A stretch of 64,000 bases of DNA from an uncultured Clostridia bacterium. Lineage in GTDB: Bacteria > Bacillota > Clostridia > TANB77 > CAG-465. The notes under the pieces were generated by a model that worked only from the letters and a program-made list of their open reading frames with translations, did not search any database and was not told where the DNA came from. How positions within the stretch are numbered: position 1 is the first letter of the stretch; the number at the start of each line of letters is the position of its first letter. Below, piece by piece: positions 1-9,260 of the stretch. Both the position numbers and the translations under genes were made by a program. Location of the stretch: NCBI GenBank assembly GCA_934149365.1, contig CAKPEI010000002.1, forward strand, positions 139,767 through 203,766, written 5' to 3'.

Positions 1-553
1 AAACATCACTGTTATAGATAAGGACAAGGTTGATGTAACAAACATAAATAGGCAGATTATAGCAACAGTTGATAATGTGGATAAACCTAAAGTTTTATGT
101 GCCAAAGAGAGAATAAGTAGTATAAATCCAAGTATAAAAGTGGACTATATAGAAGCTTTTTTAGATGAAAGTAATGTTAACGAGTACATTAATAAAGATT
201 ATGACTATGTTATAGATGCCATAGATAGCATTAATTCTAAGATTCAAATTATAAAATGCTGCACAGAAAATAACATAAAAGTTATATCATCTATGGGAAT
301 GGCAAATAAGTTAAACCCACTTATGATTAAGGTAAGTGATATATATAAAACTAATGTGTGTCCTTTAGCTAAAATAATGAGAAAAAAATTAAAAGAGGCA
401 AGGATAAAAAAACTTAAAGTCGTTTATACAGAAGAAACGCCCAAAAAATCAGATACAAATATATTAGGCAGTGTTTCTTTTGTACCTTCAGTTGCAGGGC
501 TTGTAATTGCTTCTGAAGTTGTTAAAGATATACTAAATAAGGAGGAGAAGTAA
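1..553 (+). CDS. ThiF/MoeB-family adenylyltransferase-like protein (TcdA/YgdL-like), 5'-truncated at the window edge
   Basis: The reading frame is open from nt 2. The translation NITVIDKDKVDVTNINRQ... contains the ThiF-family NxNRQ motif. The ORF track starts at GTG 77 but the frame continues upstream to the edge. Confidence 0.55.
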   Translation, partial: NITVIDKDKVDVTNINRQIIATVDNVDKPKVLCAKERISSINPSIKVDYIEAFLDESNVNEYINKDYDYVIDAIDSINSKIQIIKCCTENNIKVISSMGMANKLNPLMIKVSDIYKTNVCPLAKIMRKKLKEARIKKLKVVYTEETPKKSDTNILGSVSFVPSVAGLVIASEVVKDILNKEEK

Positions 554-703
554 ATGGGTAGAGGGAAGTTTGATACTTGTGAAAATTGTATTTATGGAAC
601 AGAAGAAAGAGACGGTAAATATAGTTGCAAGTTTGATAAAAAGAACGAATATGATGCAAATGATTGGTGTAAATATCATGAAAGTGAAGATGAACAAAAT
701 TAG
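554..703 (+). CDS. small 49-aa Cys-rich protein (MGRGKFDTCENCIYGTEERDGKYSCKFDKKNEYDANDWCKYHESEDEQN), not in the ORF track
   Basis: ATG lies 1 nt after the stop of the upstream gene and is preceded by an AAGGAGGAG ribosome-binding site. The protein has a CxxC..C..C pattern, and a hairpin plus T-run follows at about 706-745. Confidence 0.3.
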   Translation: MGRGKFDTCENCIYGTEERDGKYSCKFDKKNEYDANDWCKYHESEDEQN

Positions 704-999
704 AGAGTAAAGTAAATAAATTACTTTACTTGTTATATAAATAATGTTAAAATATACATAGATAGAGATAGCAGATTATATGAAAATCTACAACTATATG
801 ATAAGGGAATCGAAATATCATGATTTGTGTTGAATGCTCTTTTATTAGAGAATCCTGATAATCATGACAAGATGCCCACCTTTAACAAAAGGGTTTTATC
901 ATCTACTGCTATTTCTATCTTTTTTTGCAATGAGACAAATATGACATGCAATATATATTAATAAAGAGAATAACATTAATCATAAGGAGTTGTGATTTA

Positions 1000-1692
1000 A
1001 TGTTATCTTTTTTATCTAGTATATTTTCATATGTAGCTTTTTTATTTGGGTATATATCAAATGCAAATTTGTTTCCTGAGCCACTTAGTAAATCAGAAGA
1101 ACAGTACCTGCTTAAAAAGTACTTTGGTGGGGATAAAGAGGCAAAAGATAAATTAGTGGAACATAATTTAAGGCTTGTTGCGCATATAGCCAAAAAGTAC
1201 GCAAACAACAAGCAAGATAATGAGGAATATATTTCTATAGGTACAATTGGACTTATAAAGGGAATAAACAGTTTTAGTGAAGAAAAAGGATATAAATTAA
1301 GCACGTATATATCAAAGTGTATTGAAAATGAAATACTAATGCATATTAGGAGTATGAAAAAGACACAATCAGATGTATCAATGAACAATATCATAGGTAC
1401 AGATAAAGACGGAAATGACATGGAGCTAATGGATGTATTAAACAGTGATGAAATAGACCCTATAGATAATATATATAACAAAATGATAACCAAACAAATG
1501 CTAGAATATATAAAAAATGAATTGCCGGAAAGAGAAAGAGAAATTATGTATGATAGATATGGCCTTTTTGGAAGAAAAATTAAGACTCAGCAAGAGGTAG
1601 CAGATAGTATGGGTATATCACGTTCTTATGTTTCAAGAATAGAAACCAAAGTACAGAAAAAACTAAATAAAATTATAAAGTATTGTGAGTAA
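1000..1692 (+). CDS. sigK: RNA polymerase sporulation sigma factor pro-sigma-K (with N-terminal pro-sequence)
   Basis: It aligns with B. subtilis SigK: pro-sequence ...YISNANLFPEPLSKSEE, region 2 LVEHNLRLVAHIAKKY and IGTIGLIKGI, region 4 GISRSYVSRIE. ATG 1000 has an AAGGAG site 10 nt upstream; the ORF-track start at 946 is probably too long. Confidence 0.85.
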   Translation: MLSFLSSIFSYVAFLFGYISNANLFPEPLSKSEEQYLLKKYFGGDKEAKDKLVEHNLRLVAHIAKKYANNKQDNEEYISIGTIGLIKGINSFSEEKGYKLSTYISKCIENEILMHIRSMKKTQSDVSMNNIIGTDKDGNDMELMDVLNSDEIDPIDNIYNKMITKQMLEYIKNELPEREREIMYDRYGLFGRKIKTQQEVADSMGISRSYVSRIETKVQKKLNKIIKYCE

Positions 1693-1696
1693 AAAA

Positions 1697-1740
1697 ATAG
1701 TGTGCTTGCTTAATTTAGCAGCACACTATTTCCGTTTTTG
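1697..1740. terminator. bidirectional rho-independent terminator between sigK (+) and the GDPD gene (-)
   Basis: Hairpin AGTGTGCT...AGCACACT flanked by T-runs on both strands; the minus-strand gene ends inside the 3' arm. Confidence 0.6.
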
Positions 1741-2616
1741 TAATTCTTTTAATATGTCGTTCATGAATGGGATATATTCCTCATATTTTTCAGCTTCAAA
1801 TATATAGTTATCATAAATAAGGGGAGATATATTGAGTTCATGTATGCTAGTCAAAGTCCAACCTATTACAGGCCTTTTGGTAACCTTACTAGCTATTCCT
1901 ACAACAGTATTCTGAACTTCATCGGTTTTGTCGTTAATGAATTCTTCGATTTTGTTGTTCCACTTTCTACTCTTACTGATTTCCAGACCTATGTAGTCAG
2001 CTCTTGCTATCCAACATATAGTAGACATCAGTTTTTCATACAAATTCGCAATGGATTCGGGGTTTTTCATTGTGAATGTATCAATAATAGTTTTTCCTCT
2101 GCAGATAAGTTGACCTCTTAGAGCACTTGGTAATTCTCTTCCCATTATTAAAACAAAAAAAGGGTTGAAAGATTGTAGTGCATATTCTGCTTTGTAATTT
2201 TCAAGTAAACTAATTATATTTTTTCGGTATTTAGTTAGCTTGAGTAAAGAGGTTTCCTTAAAGTCCAAGACCATTGGAACCTTTCCATTATTAAATTTGA
2301 TACATTCTTCTAACGTTAATATTTTACTCCCTTTGATTGAAGAATTTAATTCGCCTAGGGTCAGCTTGCTAATTGGAACCTCCTTTCCATTAATAGAGAC
2401 ATAAAAATCGTGAAAGACAATTGGAATATTATCTTTTGTTTGCACAATATCTATCTCGAATGGAATGTTCTTTTCCATAGAAAGCTGTATGGACTCTAAG
2501 GAATTGTCAAAAACTTGCTTACCATTAATGTTTCCAAAAATTCCTTTATGTGATATCGGAAAATCTAGAAGGGCGCAGTCGCGCTTGAGCCGTTCAATAT
2601 ACAAGGTAATCATCAT
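1726..2616 (-). CDS. glycerophosphodiester phosphodiesterase (GDPD) family protein
   Basis: N-terminal DFPISHKG...FEIDIVQTKDNIPIVFHD pattern typical of GDPD/PI-PLC-like TIM-barrel enzymes. Confidence 0.5.
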   Translation of the reverse strand: MMITLYIERLKRDCALLDFPISHKGIFGNINGKQVFDNSLESIQLSMEKNIPFEIDIVQTKDNIPIVFHDFYVSINGKEVPISKLTLGELNSSIKGSKILTLEECIKFNNGKVPMVLDFKETSLLKLTKYRKNIISLLENYKAEYALQSFNPFFVLIMGRELPSALRGQLICRGKTIIDTFTMKNPESIANLYEKLMSTICWIARADYIGLEISKSRKWNNKIEEFINDKTDEVQNTVVGIASKVTKRPVIGWTLTSIHELNISPLIYDNYIFEAEKYEEYIPFMNDILKELQKRK

Positions 2617-2746
2617 CCTCCTTTGATAATTATTACATGGTGATAATTATACTATAATATACGTTCAAAGTCAAATTTGGGGGGGATTTGTCAAACATAA
2701 AAAATCAATATAAGCGTATAAATAGTACTAGTAAAGGAGCGTAAAA

Positions 2747-4141
2747 TTGAATATAGATGCAGTTATAATAATTATATATTTATTAATAATACTTTTAATT
2801 GGTTTGGTGTCTTCAAGGAAATTAAACACAATAGATGATTTTGCGGTGTCTAATGTAAAATATGGAAAAACAGTTATTTTCATTACTATGTGCTGTTCCT
2901 TTTTAGGTGGTGGCTTTTCATTTGGTAATGCTGCAGAGGTATATAAAAATGGTATAGGAAATATATTTGCACTTTTTGGGTTTGGCATAGGTCAAATTTT
3001 TATTGGAAAATATATAGCAACAAAAATGGGAAGATTTGAGGGCTGTATTTCAACTGGAAACATAATGGAAAGAATGTATGGGAAAAGAATGCAAGTTATA
3101 ACAGGGATACTTGCTACCATAATTTGTTCAGGAATATTAGGAGCACAAGTTAGCGTTATGGGAAATATATTTTACGCATTTATGGGAATACCTCCTGTAG
3201 TTGGTGTAATAATTGGTTTTGGTATAGTATTAATATATTCTACAATGGGTGGAATAAAAGCTGATATAATAACGGACATAATTCAGTTTGGTATTTTGAT
3301 TATAGGAATACCGTTTTTAGTTATATATGGAACCCATGCTGCAGGTGGAGTGACAAATGTACTAACTAGTGTACCAAAAGAATATTTTAATATTTTTAAT
3401 AATAGTAGTATAGGAAGTTTCCTTTCAGTATTTTTTACACTTATGATAGGAGAAATGCTAGTGCCACCATACATACAAAGATTATTGATTGGTAAAGAGG
3501 CACAAGATACATCTAAAGCTACAATAATGAGTGGTTTCGCATCGTTTATTTTCTTTATTTTGACTGGTCTTGTTGGACTTATATCATATAGTATAGATAA
3601 AAATATGGTTCCAGAAATGGCTATGATAGGAATCATACGAAAGGTACTTCCTGTAGGACTTAGTGGGGTGATTATATCGGCTATGATGGCCATAGTTTTA
3701 TCAACTGCTGATTCTTTTTTAAATAGTGCAGCTGTTAGTGTTATAAATGATGTGTATTTACCTTTAAAGCAAGGAAATGTTGGTCAAAAAGAAAAACTAA
3801 AGATAGTAAGAATTGCAAATATAATCATAGGAGTAATAGCAGTACTAGTGGCATTACTTGTACCTAGACTTTTAGATATATTAACATTATCATATAGTTT
3901 TTGGGCACCTACTTTACTTCCGATTTTACTTCTTTCTATATTGGGACTTAACTTGAGTAAAAAATCAGTTTGGATAGGTGTAATTTCAGGAATAGGAAGT
4001 TCCCTATACTGGAATTTGATATTAAATAAATCATATAGCATTGATGGTCTTTTAATAGGTTTTGCTATTAACATGATAATAACTGTATTATTACATTTCT
4101 CTAAGAAAGTTATATATGTTAAAATAAACTCTAAGACATAG
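2747..4141 (+). CDS. sodium:solute symporter (SSS) family transporter
   Basis: 464-aa polytopic membrane protein with SSS-like segments (GGGFSFGNAAEVY, ST(A)DSFLNSAA...). TTG start with AGGAG 9 nt upstream. Confidence 0.6.
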   Translation: MNIDAVIIIIYLLIILLIGLVSSRKLNTIDDFAVSNVKYGKTVIFITMCCSFLGGGFSFGNAAEVYKNGIGNIFALFGFGIGQIFIGKYIATKMGRFEGCISTGNIMERMYGKRMQVITGILATIICSGILGAQVSVMGNIFYAFMGIPPVVGVIIGFGIVLIYSTMGGIKADIITDIIQFGILIIGIPFLVIYGTHAAGGVTNVLTSVPKEYFNIFNNSSIGSFLSVFFTLMIGEMLVPPYIQRLLIGKEAQDTSKATIMSGFASFIFFILTGLVGLISYSIDKNMVPEMAMIGIIRKVLPVGLSGVIISAMMAIVLSTADSFLNSAAVSVINDVYLPLKQGNVGQKEKLKIVRIANIIIGVIAVLVALLVPRLLDILTLSYSFWAPTLLPILLLSILGLNLSKKSVWIGVISGIGSSLYWNLILNKSYSIDGLLIGFAINMIITVLLHFSKKVIYVKINSKT

Positions 4142-4193
4142 AGAATATTTAGCTATTGATTTTGATAAAATTAATGATATAATAATACAAATT

Positions 4194-4269
4194 GCTTCCA
4201 TAGCTCAGTAGGTAGAGCGCATCCATGGTAAGGATGAGGTCATGAGTTCAATTCTCATTGGAAGCTCCA
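4194..4269 (+). tRNA. tRNA-Thr (anticodon GGT)
   Basis: Cloverleaf read manually: acceptor GCTTCCA/TGGAAGC, D arm GCTCAGTAGGTAGAGC, anticodon loop ATGGTAA, T arm ATGAG-TTCAATT-CTCAT, CCA encoded. Confidence 0.85.
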
Positions 4270-4279
4270 AAATATAGAA

Positions 4280-4326
4280 AAACAAGCAGATTTTAAAAAT
4301 GTTTAGAACTGCTTGTTTTTTACTTT
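4280..4326 (+). terminator. rho-independent terminator after tRNA-Thr
   Basis: Hairpin AACAAGCAG...CTGCTTGTT followed by TTTTTTACTTTTTT. Confidence 0.6.
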
Positions 4327-4445
4327 TTTAGGTAGCATCAAACATGTATATTATTAATTTTTCGATAAAAGTATAAATTTGTCTTTTTTAGTTGAAATAT
4401 TTTGAAATATATAATAATATATTAGTATAATTTTGGAGAAAAATA

Positions 4446-5399
4446 ATGGACGATAAGAATGTATTAAACGGCGAAAGTTTTTCTTCATTATATACCAAGT
4501 TATATAATGAAAATTTTGAAGAACTAGAAAATCTTAGAAAAAAAGAAGCAAGTAATGCACTAAAGATATTGTTACCGGTACTTGTTGTAATGTTGGCTAT
4601 ATTTATATTCCCTTTTGCTAATTTTGCAGTAGTGCCATTAGTAATATTGTTTGTTTTTGCATGTATAGTAAGCACAACCAAAAAAGGTGTGGGAAATCAG
4701 GCAGCTGGCAAGGCTTCGTATAGTGAAACATTTAAGAAAAAAATTATTTCGCCTATGATAAATGAAGCAATACCAGGAAGTGAATATTTCCCAAATGATG
4801 GGTTAACAAAAGTAGAATATGACAAGGGTGAATGGGAATTTTACGATAGGTTTTATTCAGAGGATAAACTTATTATTCCTTTAAAATTTGCTTTTAATGA
4901 AAATGTAAAAATTAATTTGCAAGTTGCAGAAGTGCATACAGAGAATAGACATGAAGATTCTGAGGGTAATGTTTCATATGTAACAAAATTTTATGGTATG
5001 GCTGGATTTGTTACATTACCAAAGAGCATAAATGGCAAAATAAAGGTTAAAAATGACGGAGCTGCATTATTTTCTAAAGATAAAATAAAAATGGACATGG
5101 TTGAGTTTGAAAAGTTATTTGACGTTCAAGCAGATGATAAAATAAAGGCAATGCAGATACTTACATCGGATGTAATGGCTGATATGATAGATGTGGTTAA
5201 GGCCACAAAAATTAAGTTTGAGTTTTATTTAAAAGATGATAAAATGTATATAAGGTTTCATACAGGAGCAATGTTTGAGCCAGACACATTTGGTAAAGCA
5301 ATGAAATTTGAAGAACTTAAAAGATATTTTGATATTACAACTTTGTTAAGCAAAGTAACTACTGATATATGTAAAGTTATACTAGAAACAGAGTTATAA
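4446..5399 (+). CDS. DUF3137-like membrane protein (N-terminal two transmembrane helices), partner of LemA
   Basis: Transmembrane hairpin in the N-terminal 90 aa followed by a soluble domain; directly upstream of a LemA gene, a conserved pairing. GGAGA ribosome-binding site. Confidence 0.4.
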   Translation: MDDKNVLNGESFSSLYTKLYNENFEELENLRKKEASNALKILLPVLVVMLAIFIFPFANFAVVPLVILFVFACIVSTTKKGVGNQAAGKASYSETFKKKIISPMINEAIPGSEYFPNDGLTKVEYDKGEWEFYDRFYSEDKLIIPLKFAFNENVKINLQVAEVHTENRHEDSEGNVSYVTKFYGMAGFVTLPKSINGKIKVKNDGAALFSKDKIKMDMVEFEKLFDVQADDKIKAMQILTSDVMADMIDVVKATKIKFEFYLKDDKMYIRFHTGAMFEPDTFGKAMKFEELKRYFDITTLLSKVTTDICKVILETEL

Positions 5400-5412
5400 A
5401 AAGGAGAGAAAA

Positions 5413-6096
5413 ATGGAAGGTAATAAATTTGTTCAAACAATTTTAACAATAATTTTTGTGTTGTTTTTTATAATGTTGATACTTGGTTCTATGATACCTC
5501 TTTGGCAGCTTAAGGCACCAAATATTATTAAAGTTGATCATTTTAGCAATATTAGACCAATTAGTTGGATATCACTAGCGGTTGTTGTTTTTTTGCTATA
5601 TATAATATCTACATATAACGGTCTTGTGGCACTAAAGAAAAAAGTAGAGCAATCAAAAAGTGGAGTAGATGTGTACTTAAAGCAGAGATTTGATTTGATA
5701 CCAAACGTAGTCGAAACTGTAAAAGGTTATGCCAAATATGAAGAAGATGTTTTAGAAAAGATAATAAAAATAAGAAATGAATATAGTAATAATTCACAGG
5801 ATAATATGAAAGTAAATGCTACACTTAATGAGGAATATAATAAACTTATGGCAGTAGTTGAAAGTTATCCAGAACTTAAAGCAAACGAATCTTTTTTAAT
5901 TTTACAAAAGCAACTTTCTAAAATCGAAAGTCAACTGCAAGCTGCTAGAAGAATATATAATTTAGATGTGACAGAATACAACACTAAAGCTCAGAGCTTT
6001 CCAACAAATGTGGTAGCTGCTATATTTAAGTTTAAAGAGATAGCATTGTTTGAAATTGATGCTTCAGAAAAAGAAAATATAAATATAGAAATTTAA
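5413..6096 (+). CDS. lemA: LemA family protein
   Basis: N-terminal transmembrane helix, then GLVALKKKVEQSKSGVDVYLKQRFDLIPNVVETVKGYAKYEEDVLEKI..., typical of LemA. Confidence 0.8.
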   Translation: MEGNKFVQTILTIIFVLFFIMLILGSMIPLWQLKAPNIIKVDHFSNIRPISWISLAVVVFLLYIISTYNGLVALKKKVEQSKSGVDVYLKQRFDLIPNVVETVKGYAKYEEDVLEKIIKIRNEYSNNSQDNMKVNATLNEEYNKLMAVVESYPELKANESFLILQKQLSKIESQLQAARRIYNLDVTEYNTKAQSFPTNVVAAIFKFKEIALFEIDASEKENINIEI

Positions 6097-6188
6097 AATA
6101 TGTTTTTTACCAAAGATAAAGTTGAAACAGTACATTTACTGTTTCAGCTTTTCTGCGGTCAAAATGACGAATTATAGGAGAGGGTAAG

Positions 6189-8342
6189 ATGAATGACAAT
6201 ATAATGTTAGAGATAAGCAAAGATATGAATATAAAAAAATCACAGGTAGAGAAGACTTTAGAATTATTAAAAGACAATAACACGATTCCTTTTATAGCAA
6301 GATATCGTAAAGAGGTTACAGGTAATTTAGACGAGGAACAAATAAGAAAAATAAGCGAAGTGTACGAATACCAAGTTAATCTTCAAAAGAGAAAAGATGA
6401 TGTTATAAGATTAATAGATGAAAAAGGAATGCTTACAGAAGAATTAAAGCAAGAAATATTAAAAGCAAGTAAACTTGTTGAAATAGAAGATATATATAGA
6501 CCATTTAAAGAAAAAAAGAAAACAAAAGGTTTAGAGGCAATAAATAATGGACTAGAACCTCTTGCTAAAGAAATTATGACTTTTCCAACTAATATGCCCG
6601 ATGTGTCAAAATATATAAATGAAAAAGTAAAATCAGAAGAGGAAGCTATAACTGGAGCAAAGTATATTATAGCAGAAATAGTTAGTGATAATTCTAATTA
6701 TAGAAAATGGATAAGAAATAATATATTTAGATATGGAAGCATAAGTAGCAAAATAAAGAAAAATGCTGAGGATGAGAATAAAGTATATAATATGTACTAT
6801 GATTACGCAGAAAAGATAAGGAATATAAAATCCCATAGGGTACTTGCTTTAAATAGGGGAGAAAAAGAAGGAATACTTACAGTTTCAATATCTGATGATA
6901 AGGAAAATGTACTAAAATGGCTAGAAAGTAAAGTAGTAAAAAGTGAGAAGCAAAAAACATCACCTGCATATAAATTTGTTATAGAAGCTATTGAAGATAG
7001 CTATAAAAGATTAATATTTCCTAGCATTCAAAGAGAAATACGTAAGGAACTTACTGAAAAAGCAGATGAAGTCGCAATAGATGTATTTGCTAAAAATTTA
7101 GAAAAATTGCTTTTACAGCCTCCTATGAAAGAAAAAGTTGTTTTAGGCTTAGATCCTGCATATAGAACTGGATGTAAATTAGCTGTTATTGATGGGACTG
7201 GTAAGCCTGAGAATATATCTGTAATATATCCGCATGAACCTAAAAATCAATACATGGAGAGTAAAAATAAATTGCTAGAATTGATAGATAAATATTCCGT
7301 TGATGTTATTGCAATTGGAAATGGAACTGCATCAAGAGAGAGTGAAGCACTAGTTGCTGATACTATAAAAAGCAGTAAAAGACCTGTTAAATATATAATG
7401 GTAAATGAAGCTGGTGCAAGTGTATATTCTGCAAGTAAACTAGCTATAGAAGAATTTCCTAATTTGCATGTAGAAGAAAGAAGTGCAATAAGTATTGCCA
7501 GAAGATTGCAAGATCCATTAAGTGAACTTGTAAAGATAGATTCTAAAAGTATAGGAGTAGGTCAGTATCAACATGATGTGCAAGAAAAAAGGCTAGATGA
7601 GTCATTAGAATTTGTTGTAACAAAAGCTGTAAATAGTGTAGGTGTAAATGTTAATACTGCAAGTAAATCACTTTTATCACATGTATCTGGACTTAATAAA
7701 AAATCAATTGAGGCTATACTTGATTATAGAGATAAGAAAGGAAAGATAAAATCTAGAAAAGAATTAAAAAACATAAAATCATATGGTGATAAGGCATATG
7801 AACAATCAATAGGCTTTATTAGAATAGTAGATGGAGAAAACATTTTAGATAAAACCGCTATACATCCTGAAAGTTATGATAAAACACTTAAATTATTAGA
7901 TAGCTTGGACATTAATATTTCAGAAATTGGAAATGATGATGTAAAGAATAAGCTTAAAAATGTAGATATAAAGAAAGAATCTGAAAGTATAGGAATAGAT
8001 GAATATACGTTAACTGATATAGTATCTTGTTTAATAGCACCAGGAAGAGATCCAAGAGATGATGTCCCTGCTCCTATCTTAAGAGGGGATGTATTAAAAT
8101 TAGAAGACTTAAAAGTTGGAATGAAATTAAAAGGAACTGTTAGAAATGTCGTTGATTTTGGAGCTTTTATCGACATCGGAATAAAAAATGATGGACTAGT
8201 GCATATTTCTAAGATAACAGACAGATATATAAAACATCCGCTAGAAGTATTAAATGTAGGTGATACTGTAGATTGTTATGTTGATGAGGTTTTTATGGAT
8301 AAGAAAAAGGTATCACTTTCTTTAATAGAACCTAAAAAATAA
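6189..8342 (+). CDS. tex: transcription accessory protein Tex (YqgF/RNase H-like, HhH and C-terminal S1 domains)
   Basis: 717 aa. N-terminus matches Tex (IPFIARYRKE). YqgF region LGLDPAYRTGCKLAVID; C-terminal S1 domain GTVRNVVDFGAFIDIG. Confidence 0.9.
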   Translation: MNDNIMLEISKDMNIKKSQVEKTLELLKDNNTIPFIARYRKEVTGNLDEEQIRKISEVYEYQVNLQKRKDDVIRLIDEKGMLTEELKQEILKASKLVEIEDIYRPFKEKKKTKGLEAINNGLEPLAKEIMTFPTNMPDVSKYINEKVKSEEEAITGAKYIIAEIVSDNSNYRKWIRNNIFRYGSISSKIKKNAEDENKVYNMYYDYAEKIRNIKSHRVLALNRGEKEGILTVSISDDKENVLKWLESKVVKSEKQKTSPAYKFVIEAIEDSYKRLIFPSIQREIRKELTEKADEVAIDVFAKNLEKLLLQPPMKEKVVLGLDPAYRTGCKLAVIDGTGKPENISVIYPHEPKNQYMESKNKLLELIDKYSVDVIAIGNGTASRESEALVADTIKSSKRPVKYIMVNEAGASVYSASKLAIEEFPNLHVEERSAISIARRLQDPLSELVKIDSKSIGVGQYQHDVQEKRLDESLEFVVTKAVNSVGVNVNTASKSLLSHVSGLNKKSIEAILDYRDKKGKIKSRKELKNIKSYGDKAYEQSIGFIRIVDGENILDKTAIHPESYDKTLKLLDSLDINISEIGNDDVKNKLKNVDIKKESESIGIDEYTLTDIVSCLIAPGRDPRDDVPAPILRGDVLKLEDLKVGMKLKGTVRNVVDFGAFIDIGIKNDGLVHISKITDRYIKHPLEVLNVGDTVDCYVDEVFMDKKKVSLSLIEPKK

Positions 8343-8422
8343 ATTATTGATATTCAAAAGAAGCCGTAAATAAACTTAAGATAAAATTTAAAAATACATT
8401 ATTATATTTAGGAGGATTATAT

Positions 8423-9016
8423 ATGGCAAAGTTAAAATTATGCTATGGAGCTATGAATGCTGGTAAAACTATGGAAGCAATAAGAGTTATGTTTAATTAT
8501 GAACAATTAGGGCATAGAGTGTTGCTTATGAAACCTGAGGTTGATACCAAAGGTGGAGACATGATTGTAAGTAGAACAGGTTATAACAAAAAAGTGGATG
8601 TTATGTTAAAAAAAGATGATGATGCATATAAAGTATTTCTTAAGGAAAATTCTCATGGTAAAAATATCAAGTGTGTAATTGTAGATGAAGCTCAATTCTT
8701 AACAAAAAAACAAGTTGAAGAACTTACAGATATTTGCGATAAAAAAGATATTGCAGTTATGACATATGCTTTAAAAAATAATTTTCAAGGTGAGCTTTTT
8801 CCAGGAGTAAAAGCATTGATAGAATATGCTGACGAAATAGAGGAAATACCTACACTATGCTTCAATTGTTTAGATGAACCTAGAAAAGCAAGATTTAATG
8901 TTAGGATAAAAGACGGCAAGCCTATTACTATTGGTGATGAAGTAGCAATAGATGGAGAGGGCGTAGAATATATACCTGTTTGTAGAAAGTGCTTTAAGGA
9001 AATAAAAAGAGGTTAA
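8423..9016 (+). CDS. tdk: thymidine kinase
   Basis: P-loop GAMNAGKT, VDEAQF, and C-terminal zinc ribbon CFNCLDEP...VCRKCF. Confidence 0.9.
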   Translation: MAKLKLCYGAMNAGKTMEAIRVMFNYEQLGHRVLLMKPEVDTKGGDMIVSRTGYNKKVDVMLKKDDDAYKVFLKENSHGKNIKCVIVDEAQFLTKKQVEELTDICDKKDIAVMTYALKNNFQGELFPGVKALIEYADEIEEIPTLCFNCLDEPRKARFNVRIKDGKPITIGDEVAIDGEGVEYIPVCRKCFKEIKRG

Positions 9017-9070
9017 CCTGCTTTAGCTTGTTGAAATGTGTAATATATTATGATAAAATATATTACACAT

Positions 9071-9144
9071 GCGAGATTAGTTTAGTGGTAGAATAGAAGG
9101 CTTCCGATCTTTTGACGCGGGTTCGATTCCCGCATCTCGCTCCA
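9071..9144 (+). tRNA. tRNA-Gly (anticodon TCC)
   Basis: Acceptor GCGAGAT/ATCTCGC, T arm GCGGG-TTCGATT-CCCGC, anticodon loop CTTCCGA. Confidence 0.8.
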
Positions 9145-9189
9145 ATTTGTAAGTAGACCATAGGCATAGCCTATGGTCTACTTACAAAT
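9145..9189. repeat. perfect 20-bp inverted repeat (hairpin with 5-nt loop) immediately 3' of tRNA-Gly
   Basis: ATTTGTAAGTAGACCATAGG-CATAG-CCTATGGTCTACTTACAAAT, with no mismatches. Confidence 0.7.
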
Positions 9190-9260
9190 GAAAAAATACA
9201 CCCCAGAATTTAATGTTCTGGGGTAATTTGTTATATTTTTTTCATTCTTTTATAAGGTTA

